From positions 800,001 through 864,000 of the forward strand of contig JBGANV010000002.1 of the NCBI GenBank assembly GCA_044222185.1: a stretch of DNA of 64,000 nt, read 5' to 3'. This document shows, piece by piece, positions 38,101 through 48,034 of the stretch; positions within the stretch are counted from its first letter, which is position 1, and each line of letters opens with the position of its first letter. A model generated the notes under the pieces. It saw only the letters and a program-made list of their open reading frames with translations. It did not search any database and was not told the DNA's origin. Source of the stretch: Planctomycetota bacterium (GTDB taxonomy: Bacteria; Planctomycetota; GCA-002687715; CAIWVZ01). The position numbers were made by a program, and so were the translations under genes.

Positions 38101-38336
38101 TCGATGCCCTCGACCGTGTTGACGACCTCCTCCACGCGGTACGTGACTTCGGTCTCGACTTCCTCGGGCGCCGCGCCGGGGAGCGACGTCTGCACGCGGA
38201 CGGTCGGGAGGTCGACGGAGGGGACGCGATCGACGCCGAGGTTCACGTAGCCAGTCGTGCCGACGACGACCATCGCCAGGATGAGCATCGTCGCGAAGAC
38301 GGGGCGTTGAATGCAAAGCTCGGCGAGTTTCTGCAT
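35166..38336 (-). CDS. RND efflux permease (AcrB/MdtB family)
   Basis: RPVFATM, DDAIVVLENI, KKNAILQID, RLRPILMTT; 1056 aa. Confidence 0.95.
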   Translation of the reverse strand: MQKLAELCIQRPVFATMLILAMVVVGTTGYVNLGVDRVPSVDLPTVRVQTSLPGAAPEEVETEVTYRVEEVVNTVEGIDQLRSISVPGSSIILVTFGLGRNIDVAAQDVRDRVATVVRDLPVEARPPVIAKVNNDSDPVLTVALAGSRSVRELTELADKVLKIQLERSTGVGEVRISGGLERAITVSVDSDKLVAYQLPITAVRDAIQRQNTEVPGGNVTGMVREQSLRTQGKLTSAREFEDVVISTIDGVPIRIRDIGTVEDGTKEQRSIARLDGVPTVTVEIQRQTGANTVEVIEGCKAKLEALKAQLPSDVHVEIIRDQSQYIYNALGEIRLHLVLGSILASLVVLAFMRNLRATFIAAIAIPTSVIATFGMMWALKFTLNSVTMLALVLMVGVVIDDAIVVLENIFRFIEEKRMPPMQAAKEATREIGLAVLATTLSLVVIFVPVSFMSSVSGRFLYQFGITAAVSVLVSLLVSFTLTPMMSARLLRTGDTMHPGGLASSRRGFYHWIDKSYEWMLRVSLRFRVLTGLFAIAVIACSVPLFDLVKQEFVPSDVDEAEFTIQVNGPEGTSLPAMDDAMRSIESMIRQTRGVKFVQGTTGGGFLGLVNTGTIYVRIAPHEERVLSLDRMWRELVKGTPAKAFEGNYSQTDVMTELDRRLRTMKDLRCQIRAFQAINLGGGPFDIDFVVRGPELSALNSYGEELRKRALEIGGFRGLDTSLRVNKPEVKVEIDRERAADLGVDARDIGTALRIMVGGDDEVSRFRDPAANEDYDVELRLLSKDRDRPDIVENLYLPGKGGTLVEVGNIARLSPIKSASRVDRMDRQRMVSVRGGVAQGFALGDRIAVLRGIVRDMNLPAAYSTTVSGRSRELERTSKEFIWAFILSVVFMYLILASQFESVIHPFTILLSLPLSIPFALLSLHLVSGTLNLYSALGILVLFGVVKKNAILQIDHMNALRSRGMSRFDAIIQANRDRLRPILMTTFALVAGMLPLAFGAGPGAEERRAVAVVVIGGQTFSLLLTLLVTPVAYSFFDDLRPKRFRDRAPAHAAESNG

Positions 38337-38348
38337 GGTCGGTGCGCG

Positions 38349-39737
38349 CTATGGACGTGAGTCGGGGCGGGATTCGGTGTCGCCTCGAACGGCAAGCACG
38401 TCGGCGAGCATTCCCAGCGTGCGCAGGAGTTCCAATTCGAGGAGCCGCACGTCGTACGTCGTGCTCGAGATCTGGAGCTGCGCCGAAAGCAGCACGTCCT
38501 GCGCGACGAGCCGTTCGAGGTTCGTCGCGAGCCCGACTTTGTACGACTCGTCGGACTGTCGATAGGCGGTCTGTGCCGACGCGAGTTGAGTGTCGAGCTC
38601 GGCGAGACGGGTGCGGGCAGCCGCAAGGTCCTGCCAGACGACGTCGACCTCCAACTCGACACCGCGCCGAATGGCCGACAGAGTCTGCTCCGCCTGCCGC
38701 AACTCGGAGAGTGCCTGCCGGATGTCGTCTTCGATCAGGCCTGCAGAGAAGATGGGCGTCAGCAGCGAGACGAAGATCGACCAGTTCATGCCCGGCGGCG
38801 ACGCGTCGCGATCCACGGAGAAGGCGGCGCTGAGGTCGATCGTGGGGATGTAGCGGCCATAGGCGACGTCGACGGCGTGGCGCGCGGCACGCATGCGCGC
38901 GTCCGCGGCACGGACGTCCTGCCGCGTGGTCAGGGCGCAGAGCCGCGCCTCGTCGACCGTGTTCCATCGCGTGGCGAGGTCGACGTCTTCAGTCAACGCG
39001 AGCGAACGCACGGGCGAGGCCGTCAGGTTCTCGAGGAGGACGCGGCCGTTCGCGACGTCGTTGCGGGCGTCGATCAGCGAGACGCGCGTACGCGATGCCT
39101 GTGCGTCGTTCTGCGCGACGTCGAGCACGCGTGCCATGCCGACTTGCTGGCGCGCCTTGGCGTCACGGACACGCTCCTCCTGGAGCGAGAGCGAGTTCGT
39201 GAGCACGGTGACCAGGCGCTCCGAGCGCAGAATCCTGAAGTAGACGCGCGCCACGTCGATGAGCAGCGACTCCTGGAGGTCGAGGAGGCGGAAGCGTCCG
39301 GCCTTCACGAGATCCTCGCGGCGTTCGATCTCGGCCGTGGTGCGCGGCCCCCCGAACAGAAGTTGGTCGGCTCTGAACCCGATGTCGTGAGTTGCGTTGG
39401 CCCCGCCGGGGGCACCGGTCGGAGCCTCGGCCGCGCCGATCGACGCCCGTCCATCGATCGTGGGGAGGAACGCGGCGGCGGCGCGCTTGCGTGCGATCAG
39501 CGCTTGGACGTAGTTCTCGCCTTCGATGGCGAGGCGCTCGTTCTGGCGGTTTGCGAGGCGCAGCGCCACGAGGAGCGAGAGTGGCTGTCCCTCGGCCGGC
39601 AGGGCGACGGCGGGCGGGTCGTCGCCGTCCAGCACGCGGCGGTAGCTTGCGACGTCGGCCCCCTCGTCGATCGAGCACGCGCCGAGGGCCCAGACGGCGA
39701 CCGCCAGGGTGACGAGCGCGGACCCACGGCGGGTCAT
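38349..39737 (-). CDS. TolC-family outer membrane efflux lipoprotein
   Basis: ATG 39737 overlaps the MFP stop; lipobox LGAC; two OEP-like halves (FLPTID, YIPTID, YKVGLAT). Confidence 0.9.
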   Translation of the reverse strand: MTRRGSALVTLAVAVWALGACSIDEGADVASYRRVLDGDDPPAVALPAEGQPLSLLVALRLANRQNERLAIEGENYVQALIARKRAAAAFLPTIDGRASIGAAEAPTGAPGGANATHDIGFRADQLLFGGPRTTAEIERREDLVKAGRFRLLDLQESLLIDVARVYFRILRSERLVTVLTNSLSLQEERVRDAKARQQVGMARVLDVAQNDAQASRTRVSLIDARNDVANGRVLLENLTASPVRSLALTEDVDLATRWNTVDEARLCALTTRQDVRAADARMRAARHAVDVAYGRYIPTIDLSAAFSVDRDASPPGMNWSIFVSLLTPIFSAGLIEDDIRQALSELRQAEQTLSAIRRGVELEVDVVWQDLAAARTRLAELDTQLASAQTAYRQSDESYKVGLATNLERLVAQDVLLSAQLQISSTTYDVRLLELELLRTLGMLADVLAVRGDTESRPDSRP

Positions 39738-41089
39738 CGCGGCGGGTCTCCGGGACGACTGGCCGGAAGGGAAGCCGACCCGCGAACGCGAACGGGCGTC
39801 CCGTGCGCGAGCGACTGGGCTCCGTCGGTGACGACGACGTCCGTGGCGCCGACGCCGGATCGGGCCTCGACCCAATCCCCATCGCGTTCGCCGAGGACGA
39901 CGGGTTTCTCGACGGCCTTGCCGTCGACGACCGTGTACACCTTCTGGACTCCGGCGAACGACGCGATGCTCGACGCCGGGACGAAGATCACGTTCGCGCT
40001 GGATTCGGTTTCGATCGCGGCCTTGGCGAATGCGCCGACCTTCAGCCTGCGCTCGGAGTTCTGGATGGAGATCTCGACGGTGAAGCTGCGCGTGCGGACG
40101 TCCGTCTGCGGATTGATGCGCGTCACGACGCCGATGAACGGATCGCGCCACGCCTCGACTTCGACGCGCACGCGCTGACCGAGCTTGATGCGGGCGAGAT
40201 GGCGCTCGGGCACCGGCGTGCGCAGCTTGATCGGGTCCTCGTCAAGGAGCTTGAACATCGGCGAGCCTTCACGCACGTAGTCGCCCACGCTGACCATTCG
40301 CGCCGCGATGGCGTAGCTGCGGGTTCCGCCTTCGTCGCGCCCGTCGGCGGCCGGCATGTCGCGCGCGGGAACGTTCTCCGCCGGGACGGCGGCCGTGGTG
40401 TCCGCGAGCTGTTGCTGCGACGTGCGCAGGTCGGCCTGTTTCGAATACGCCTCCGCGATCAGGGCCTTCACGTTCAGCCGTTCGACGTCGAGCGTGCTCT
40501 TCGCCACGTCGACGGTCGTCTGCAGGTCGGCGTAGTCCTGGTCGGACATGAGCGGCGGGGTCTGCTCGTGAAGTTGCTTCCCGCGCTGGAAGCGGGCTTC
40601 GGCGTTCGCTGCCTGCATCTGCGCGCGACGGACGGATGGCAGGTCGTCGAGCGTCTTGTCCATGGACGGGATCTCGGCGACCCCGAGCTTCGCCAACGTC
40701 TCGCGGAGGGCGAGCGACTTGCGGCTGATCTGCAGCTCGTAGTCCGTCGGGTCGACGCGCGCGAGGATCTTTCCGGGCCCGACCACGTCGCCGACGTCGT
40801 GGAGGACCGCCATCACGCGGCCGGGCACCTTCGCAGAGAGAGTCATCTCCTCGTCGGCGAAGAGCGTTCCGGTGACGCGCACGGCGCGTTGAAGCGGACC
40901 CGTGCGCACGGGGCCCACGGCGACTTCCGTCGGCGCGGGCTGCGCGGGGGTGGTCGAGACCGTCGTCGGCGGCGAGCACGCGGACGTGAGGAGTCCCACG
41001 GTCGCGACCGCGAGCAGGAGGGAGCGCCCCAAGAGGCGCAGGCCCGAGTCGCGACGGGTCGTTGGGGCTGTGGGGGAATTCGGCGGCAC
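39734..41089 (-). CDS. RND periplasmic adaptor (membrane fusion protein)
   Basis: VTGTLFADEE, KVPGRV, VGDYVREG, INPQTDVRTRSF; exact start uncertain. Confidence 0.9.
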   Translation of the reverse strand: MPPNSPTAPTTRRDSGLRLLGRSLLLAVATVGLLTSACSPPTTVSTTPAQPAPTEVAVGPVRTGPLQRAVRVTGTLFADEEMTLSAKVPGRVMAVLHDVGDVVGPGKILARVDPTDYELQISRKSLALRETLAKLGVAEIPSMDKTLDDLPSVRRAQMQAANAEARFQRGKQLHEQTPPLMSDQDYADLQTTVDVAKSTLDVERLNVKALIAEAYSKQADLRTSQQQLADTTAAVPAENVPARDMPAADGRDEGGTRSYAIAARMVSVGDYVREGSPMFKLLDEDPIKLRTPVPERHLARIKLGQRVRVEVEAWRDPFIGVVTRINPQTDVRTRSFTVEISIQNSERRLKVGAFAKAAIETESSANVIFVPASSIASFAGVQKVYTVVDGKAVEKPVVLGERDGDWVEARSGVGATDVVVTDGAQSLAHGTPVRVRGSASLPASRPGDPPR

Positions 41090-41243
41090 GTTTCGTTGCG
41101 GGATCCGCGCGAGCGGGACGCGCGAGACTCACGGCCGTGGTTCTATCAGCCGCGCGTCCCATACACTCATGCAACGGTGCGGCGACGCGGGCTATTGCAT
41201 CGGATGGCCGCGCCGGCATGCGACGTCTCCTCGTGCGGTCGAT

Positions 41244-43497
41244 TCAGAAGTTCCCGATGGTGAATCCATCGGCGGAGCTGAGCCTGGGCCCGGATGGCAG
41301 CGTCAGCACGGCCTGGAAGTAGATGGTCGTGCCCACGGCACTGGGCGCCGACGGTGCGAGAGCCGAGATCGTCGTCAGAGCGCTCGCCGGAGATGTCCCG
41401 CTACCGACGACGAAGGCCGTCGCCGGATCGATCAGGACCGTTCCGAATGGCGCGAGCGCGACGGATCCGGGCGCGGCCGCCGCAACGAGCACCCACGGTG
41501 TCGTCGGCGCCGCACGAAGCTCCAGCGATGCGGGTCGCGAAAGTCGCGCGGGGAGGAGCGCGCCGAGCTGCGTCGTCGTGTTGGTGAGGATGCACGGGCC
41601 GACGCCGACGAGGTCTACGTCGCCGTCCCGGTCGAAGTCCGCGGCCGTGACGGGGATCGACAGTCGCATGGGCAGCAGCTCCCAACTGCCCCAGCCCCCG
41701 GGTTGGCGGCGGAGGAGGCGGCCGTCCGCCTGAACGAGATCGAGATCTCCGTCGCCGTCCACGTCGATCAGCGCATCCTTCGACGGCCAGACGACGGAGC
41801 CGAAGTAGGGCGGTGGGGTCGCTCCGCTCACCGCGAAGACGCCGGTTCCGGAGTTCAGGGAGATCGTCCAGTCCATGATGAGGTCGACGTCGCCGTCTTG
41901 ATCGATGTCGCCGACACAGACCGACTGCCGCTCGTTCGTCGGGAACGGTGCCGCGGTGAACGTGCCCGCTCCATCGTTCAGGAAGAGGGCGCTCGACTCC
42001 GTCCCGTTGAGATTGGAGTTGGCTTCGATCAGATCCAGGTCCCCGTCGCTGTCGACGTCGGCCAGTTCGACGTCGAACGTGGCGTGCGCCGGAAGGGCTA
42101 CGGGGGCTGCGAACGTCCCGTTGCCGAGGTTGCGGATGATCAGCGTCGATGCGAGGAACGAATTGGGAGTGAAGGGGTTGCCGTTGGCGCGCCGGGCGAC
42201 GACGAGGTCGGGGAGGCCGTCACCATTCAGGTCCCCGCTGCGCACCGCCGTGGTCCTGCGATCCCATCAACGTTCCCGGTGCGGGCACGAGGTGGCCCTG
42301 GGAATCGTTGAACAGGACGAGGTGGCCGCCGCCATATCGGGCGACGACGTCCTGATCGCCGTCCACGTCGACGTCGACGCGCAGGAGGCGCAGCTCGAGG
42401 AAGTCCTGCGTCGCCGGTTTCGGCGCGGCCACGAGCACGGTTTGGATCGCGGCGCCGACGACGCCCGACGTGGAGATCGGATGAACGGTGATCGCGAGAG
42501 CGGACCGCACGATCAACTCCGGGCGCCCGTCGCCGTCGACGTCGACGAGCGCTGGGACTCCCGGGCTCGGAATGGGGCCGACCACGGGCGCAGCGAACGT
42601 ACTTGCGCCCGCGTTCAAGAGGACGCTGACCTGGGCGAGGCCCTCTGGCACGTCGATCACGTCGGGGCGTCCGTCGCCGTCGACGTCGCCGATGGCGAGG
42701 TGCTGTCCGAGGCTGAAGCCGAGTCCGACCGTCGCGGCCAGCGTGAACCCGTTGACGCCATCGTTGCGGAGCAGGAAGCCGAGTGAGCCCGCCGCGTGAG
42801 CCGCGGCGAAGACGTCCAGGTCGCCGTCGCCGTCGACGTCGGCCAGCAGGATCTGGGACGCGAAGCACGCGGTGTTGGCGGGAAACAGCCCCGTGACGTC
42901 GGTGAAGCCGCCCGAACCGTCGTTGCGCCACAGCCGCGGCGTGCTCGGGCTGGGAGTTCCGTTCGAGAGAGAGAACGGGGGATTCTCGAAACCGAAGACG
43001 ATGTCCAGATCTCCGTCGCCATCGACGTCACCCGCGGCGATCGCGGTCACGATGCCCGGCGGGAACTGGGGAAGTCCCGTCGTGGCAGTCGTGAACGACC
43101 CGGCGAGGTTGTTGACGCGGAGTGTTGCGAGTGCGAGCGACGCGTAGCTCGTCTGGTTGATCGAGAGCACGTCGGGGAATCCATCGCCGTTCATGTCGCC
43201 GGCGACCGTCAACGGGTCGTCAGGCCGGATGAAGTAACCCGCGGTCGCCGCCGACAGTCCCAGCAGCGGCGCGGGTGTCACCTGCCGCGTGAAGCTCCCG
43301 TGGCCGTCGTTCACGAGAATCCCCGAGTTCTCCGTCAGCAGGTCCATGTCGCCGTCGGCGTCGAAGTCGATCGGCTGCGCCACGAGCGTCGTCGGCGACG
43401 GAATCAGTTCCTTCGCCAACAGGTACGGAGTCGTCTGGGCACGCGCCTGCGCAGCGACGAGGACGGCCGTGGAGAGGAGAGCCCGAAACGATGCCAT
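41244..43497 (-). pseudogene. FG-GAP/VCBS repeat secreted protein with shared C-terminal domain, split by one frameshift near 42255-42272 (pseudogene or sequence error)
   Basis: MASFRALL...ARA|Q; many D(V/F)DGDGDxD repeats run on across ORFs 42220-43497 and 41244-42245; second frame reads TTAVRSGDLNGDG; ends VGTTIYFQAV...LSSADGFTIGNF. Confidence 0.75.
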
Positions 43498-43648
43498 GTG
43501 ACCTCCGCGCCCTGAGCCATGCAAGCGGCGCTCCGAGGGGTGATCGCGCAATCCACCCCAGGAGTCCGGCGCGCGCGCGCCGCTCGGCGGCCCCCGGGAC
43601 GTTACCGGCGGGTAATCCCCCGACCGGATCGGACGCCGCTCCCGTGAC

Positions 43649-43657
43649 TGTTAGCCT
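43649..43657 (+). promoter_or_regulatory. Putative extended -10 (TGnTAGCCT), leaderless transcript
   Basis: Ends 7 nt before GTG 43665. Confidence 0.4.
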
Positions 43658-43664
43658 GCGCGCC

Positions 43665-44588
43665 GTGAGCAGCCGGACCCTTTCCCGCGTCGTCGTCATC
43701 GCGCTTTCGCTCGTCACTTTGATGATTGCGGGGTGCTCCGGAGTCGATCCGGAGGTTCTCGCCGTCGAGAGCCGTCCCGTGGTCGAATCGCGAGCGACGG
43801 CCGCCAGCGAACTGATGCGGGGCACGGACCTGCGCAGCCGCGTGCGCGAGGACACGGCGGGTCGCCTGCGTGAATCCCTCGGTGCCTTCGAGAACGCGCG
43901 TGCGCTCGGCAGTCCCGACGCGGCGGAGCGCAAGGAGATCCTGACGAAGGCCGCCGAGGTGTGCTTCGACCTCGCGACCGTCCTGTCGGACGCGGATCCC
44001 AAGGGCCCGGAGCTTCTGCCGCTCTTCGAGAAGAGCAAGAACTACGCGTTCGAATGCCTGCTCCTCGTCCCCGAGTTCAGGGCGCTCATGGAGACGACGA
44101 AGAACCGCGTCGACAAGGACGCCGTCGCACTCGTGCCCAAGCCCTACGCGAGCGTGTTGCTCCTCATGGCGTCGGCCTGGGGCCGGAGCGCGCAGTTGCG
44201 CGGCACCTTCGCCGAGATGGCCGATCATCCGAAACTCGTCGTGCTGGCGCGACGGGCGTTGGAACTCGACGAGACGGTTCAGTTCGCCGGACCGCATCGC
44301 TTCTTCGGCGCCTATTACGCGGCGCTGCCGGGGATCGCCGGCGGCGACATGAAGAAGAGCCGGACGCACTTCGATCGTGCGATCGAGCTCGCGCCGCAGT
44401 TCCTCGACAACCACGTCATGCTCGCGAGCGACTGGGCGTTGGAGGAAGGCGATCGCGACCTCGCCAGGCGCGAGATCGAGTTCGTCCTGAGTCAGACGAT
44501 CGCCGACTCGGATCCGCTCTGGCTCGATCAGACGCGCGCGCAGGCCGAGGCTCGCAAGCTCTTCTTGCGGCTCGACGCCGGCAAATGA
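43665..44588 (+). CDS. TatT-like (TRAP transporter T component) TPR lipoprotein
   Basis: Lipobox IAGC; RALELDE...GPHRFFGAYYAALPGIAGGDMKKSRTHFDRAIEL; start uncertain. Confidence 0.7.
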   Translation: MSSRTLSRVVVIALSLVTLMIAGCSGVDPEVLAVESRPVVESRATAASELMRGTDLRSRVREDTAGRLRESLGAFENARALGSPDAAERKEILTKAAEVCFDLATVLSDADPKGPELLPLFEKSKNYAFECLLLVPEFRALMETTKNRVDKDAVALVPKPYASVLLLMASAWGRSAQLRGTFAEMADHPKLVVLARRALELDETVQFAGPHRFFGAYYAALPGIAGGDMKKSRTHFDRAIELAPQFLDNHVMLASDWALEEGDRDLARREIEFVLSQTIADSDPLWLDQTRAQAEARKLFLRLDAGK

Positions 44589-44604
44589 CGGCGACGGGCC
44601 CGCG

Positions 44605-45345
44605 TCACGGGGAGTCGTCGACGTTGAGGCGATAACCGATGCCCACCTCCGTCTGGAGGATGCGGGCGCTCGCGTTCTTCTCGAGCTTGCGCCGCAAATG
44701 AGTCATGTAGACGCGCAGGTAGTGTGGCTGCGCGCCGCTGCGCGGTCCCCACACGCTCGCGAGGAGCTGGGCGTGCGTCACGAGCTTCCCTGCGTGGCGG
44801 ACGAGCGTCGCGAGGATGCGGAACTCGATTGGCGTCAGGTGAGTCTCGTCGCCGCCGATGAAGACCCGATGCGCGGCCAGGTCCACGCGAAGCGGCCCGA
44901 CGGTGAAGACGCTCCCGCCCTTGCCGTCCGCCGCGCCGGCGGGCGGACCGCGGCGCATGACGGCCCGCAGCCTCGCCATCAGCTCGGGTACGCCGAACGG
45001 TTTCGTCAGGTAGTCGTCCGCGCCGGCGTCGAGGGCGGCGACCTTGTCCGATTCGCGACCGCGCGCCGACACGACGACGATGGGAATCGTGGACCACTCG
45101 CGCAGGCGCTTCGTGACGTCGATGCCGTCCATGTCGGGGAGACCGAGGTCGAGGAGGATCGCGTCAGGCATGTGGTCGGCCGCGAACCGCAGGGCCTCCG
45201 CGCCGTTGCGGGCTTCGATGTATCGAAAACCGTGCGCCGACAGGCTCGCGCGGAGGAACTTGAGGATCGGGGCCTCGTCCTCGACGACGAGGATCGCAGG
45301 ACCCGGCGATCCGCCTTCGGGGCGTTGCGACTCGGACGGAGTCAC
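44605..45345 (-). CDS. kdpE: KdpE response regulator
   Basis: LVVEDE, LLDLGLPDMDG, GADDYLTKPF, HYLRVYM; GTGA overlap with kdpD. Confidence 0.93.
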   Translation of the reverse strand: MTPSESQRPEGGSPGPAILVVEDEAPILKFLRASLSAHGFRYIEARNGAEALRFAADHMPDAILLDLGLPDMDGIDVTKRLREWSTIPIVVVSARGRESDKVAALDAGADDYLTKPFGVPELMARLRAVMRRGPPAGAADGKGGSVFTVGPLRVDLAAHRVFIGGDETHLTPIEFRILATLVRHAGKLVTHAQLLASVWGPRSGAQPHYLRVYMTHLRRKLEKNASARILQTEVGIGYRLNVDDSP

Positions 45346-48029
45346 GGTGCCATTTCCCCCTCGTCGCCCTGTGGCGCCGGATCCTCGCAACCCTCGCCAT
45401 CGGGGATCGTCAGCGTGAACACGGCGCCGTTCGTCGGTCGATTCGATCCCGTGAGCGTGCCGCCGTGAATGGACGCGATCGCGCGTGACACCGTGAGTCC
45501 GAGACCGGCGCCGCGAGCCCGCTCTGCGCCGACGCCGCGATGGAACCGGTCGAAGATCCGCTCCTCGTCGCCGGGGGCGATTCCGGGGCCGTCGTCCGCA
45601 ACCGTGACGACGACGTCGCGCGCGTCGCGCACGCCGCGGATCACGACGTGCGCCTGCGGCGACGTGAACTTGGCGGCGTTCTCCAGCAGGTTGACGAGCA
45701 CCTGCTCGATGAGGGTCGGGTCCGCGTGGATCAGGAGCACGTCCGAGGGTACGTCGACGGCGACGTCTCGCCGACCCATGACGGAATCGACCCGGCGTCT
45801 GGCGCCGGCGATGATCTCCTCCAGCGGGCACCACTGACGGCGCACGGTCATGGCGCCCGACTGGATCCGGGTGAGCTCGAGCAGGTTGTGCACGAGCCGC
45901 TCGAGTCGCTCCGCCTGGTCGCGGATCGACTCGGCGAGATCGCGCCGGACCTCTGCCGACGCCGGCTCCGTCGCGTCCGCCAGCGTCGTCGCCGCACCCG
46001 TGATCGCCGCCAGTGGCGTCCGCAGATCGTGCGACACGGAGCTCAACAGGTCATTCCGCAGCCGTTCGGATTCGGCGGTGAGGCGCGCGGCGGCCGCCTC
46101 CTCGTCGAGCCGCGCGCGCTCGATGGCGAGGGCCGTCTGCCGCACGGCGTTGTCGAGGAGTTGCCGCTGGCTCGGCGTGAACCCCGTCGCGCGCGCGCCC
46201 AATGCGACCGCGACCACGCCGAGTGAGCGCGTCGCGCCCGCGAGGGGCAGGAAGAGGTCGGTGCCGCCCGGCAGCGTTTCCGTTCCCGCGCCGGCCGGTC
46301 GTCCATGCTCGAAGACCCAGCGCGCCACCGTCGCGTCCCGGGATCCGTCGGATTCGGAGTCGAGGTTCCCACGGGCGTCGGCGAGAGCCATCGTCACCGT
46401 CGTGTCGAACATCTCGCTCAAGTGCCGGGCCGCGGCGGCGGCGATCCCCGCGCAGTCGCGACTGGCGGCGAAGTCGCGGCTCATGGCGTAGAGCGCGGCC
46501 GTGCGGTGCTCGCGTTCGCGGGCGGTCTGGGCTTGTGCGCGGACGCGGGCCGTGAGCCCGCTGACCATCAGGCCCGTGAGCGTGAGCACGCCGAAGGTCA
46601 CGAGGTGGCGCAGATCCGCCACGTCGAACGTGAGGAACGGCTCCACGAAGAAGAAGTCGAACGCGGCGACGGAGGCGAGCGACGAGAGGAGCGATGGACC
46701 GCGCGACGTCCGACTCGAGACGAACAGGATGGCGAGCACGTAGATCATCGCGTGATCGGCGATGTTGAGGATCGGTCGGCCCAACAGGCCGATGCCGGTC
46801 GCCACGGCGACGGCACCGGCGGCGATCGCGTAGTCGGCGAAACGGAAGCCGCGCTCATGGGCGACCGGTGCGGCGGGAGGCTCGGACGCATCGTCCCCGG
46901 CGGTGACGAGGACGTCGATGGACCCCGAGCGCGCGATGAGGTCACGAACGAGCACGCCGGCGCCACGGCCGCGCACCGAGCCGGGCTTGCCGACGATGAT
47001 TCGCGTCACGTTGCGCGCGTTGGCGACCGCAAGGATCTCCGCGGCGGCGTCATCGCCCGTCACGGTGATGGTCTCGGCACCGAGGCGCTCGGCAAGATCG
47101 ATGTTGGACGCCAACCGGTCACGGTCCGCGTGGGAGAGGCGCTCGCTATCGGCTGTTTCGACGGAGAGCGCGAGCCACGGCGCGCGCAGGCCCGACGCCA
47201 TGCGATATGCGGCGCGCAAGAGGCTGGCCGAGTGCGGCGACGGGCTGATCGCCACGAGAAGACGCTCGCTCGTCGCCCACGGCTGCGCGATGCCCTGCTC
47301 GATCTTGTAGGTCGACGCCTGTTGGTCGACGCGCTCGGCGGCCCTCCGCATGGCGAGCTCGCGCAGAGCGATGAGGTTCCCCTTGCGGAAGAAGTTATCG
47401 ACGGCGCGTTCCGCCTGCTCGCCCCCGTAGATCTTGCCTTCGCGCAGGCGGCGGAGGAGGTCGTCCGGCGGGAGGTCGACGAGTTCGATTTCGTCCGCCC
47501 GGTCGAACGCCGTGTCGGGGATCGTCTCGCGGACGCGGATCCCCGTGATCTGCGCCACGACGTCGTTCAGGCTGAGGATGTGCTGGACGTTCAGCGTCGT
47601 CCACACGTCGATGCCAGCGTCGAGCAGGTCCTGGACGTCCTGCCAGCGGCGTGCGTGGCGGGTGCCGGGGACGTTCGCGTGGGCGTACTCGTCGATGAGC
47701 GCGAGCGCCGGACGGCGAGCGAGCATGGCCTCGCAGTCGAACTCGGCGAGGGTGCGTCCCTCGTACGGGAGGAGGCGCGGCGCGAGTCGTTCGAACCCAC
47801 GAGCCATGGCTTCCGTTTCGGGACGACCGTGCGTCTCGATCCAACCGATCACGACGTCGCGCCCGTCGGCGACCTGCGCGCGGGCCGCCTCGAGCATGGC
47901 GAACGTCTTGCCGACGCCGGGCGCGAATCCGATGAACACCTTCAGCCGACCCTGCTTGCGGGCTGCTTCCTCCGACCGCGCACGCTCGAGCATGGCATCG
48001 GGATCCGGTCGGCGTTCGGTGTTGGCCAT
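45342..48029 (-). CDS. kdpD: KdpD sensor histidine kinase
   Basis: GFAPGVGKT, RWQDV, TTLNVQH, 4 TM, SHDLRTPL, NLLENA, GAGLGL. Confidence 0.95.
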   Translation of the reverse strand: MANTERRPDPDAMLERARSEEAARKQGRLKVFIGFAPGVGKTFAMLEAARAQVADGRDVVIGWIETHGRPETEAMARGFERLAPRLLPYEGRTLAEFDCEAMLARRPALALIDEYAHANVPGTRHARRWQDVQDLLDAGIDVWTTLNVQHILSLNDVVAQITGIRVRETIPDTAFDRADEIELVDLPPDDLLRRLREGKIYGGEQAERAVDNFFRKGNLIALRELAMRRAAERVDQQASTYKIEQGIAQPWATSERLLVAISPSPHSASLLRAAYRMASGLRAPWLALSVETADSERLSHADRDRLASNIDLAERLGAETITVTGDDAAAEILAVANARNVTRIIVGKPGSVRGRGAGVLVRDLIARSGSIDVLVTAGDDASEPPAAPVAHERGFRFADYAIAAGAVAVATGIGLLGRPILNIADHAMIYVLAILFVSSRTSRGPSLLSSLASVAAFDFFFVEPFLTFDVADLRHLVTFGVLTLTGLMVSGLTARVRAQAQTAREREHRTAALYAMSRDFAASRDCAGIAAAAARHLSEMFDTTVTMALADARGNLDSESDGSRDATVARWVFEHGRPAGAGTETLPGGTDLFLPLAGATRSLGVVAVALGARATGFTPSQRQLLDNAVRQTALAIERARLDEEAAAARLTAESERLRNDLLSSVSHDLRTPLAAITGAATTLADATEPASAEVRRDLAESIRDQAERLERLVHNLLELTRIQSGAMTVRRQWCPLEEIIAGARRRVDSVMGRRDVAVDVPSDVLLIHADPTLIEQVLVNLLENAAKFTSPQAHVVIRGVRDARDVVVTVADDGPGIAPGDEERIFDRFHRGVGAERARGAGLGLTVSRAIASIHGGTLTGSNRPTNGAVFTLTIPDGEGCEDPAPQGDEGEMAP

Positions 48030-48034
48030 GGGCG

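Noticed and set aside
41161-41200. ATGCAA...TTGCAT inverted repeat upstream of the RND operon as an operator
   Set aside because: Short, widely spaced arms and no adjacent regulator gene
42220-42280. Programmed frameshift or selenocysteine readthrough in the FG-GAP gene
   Set aside because: No slippery heptamer or SECIS-like context; the halves are in different frames
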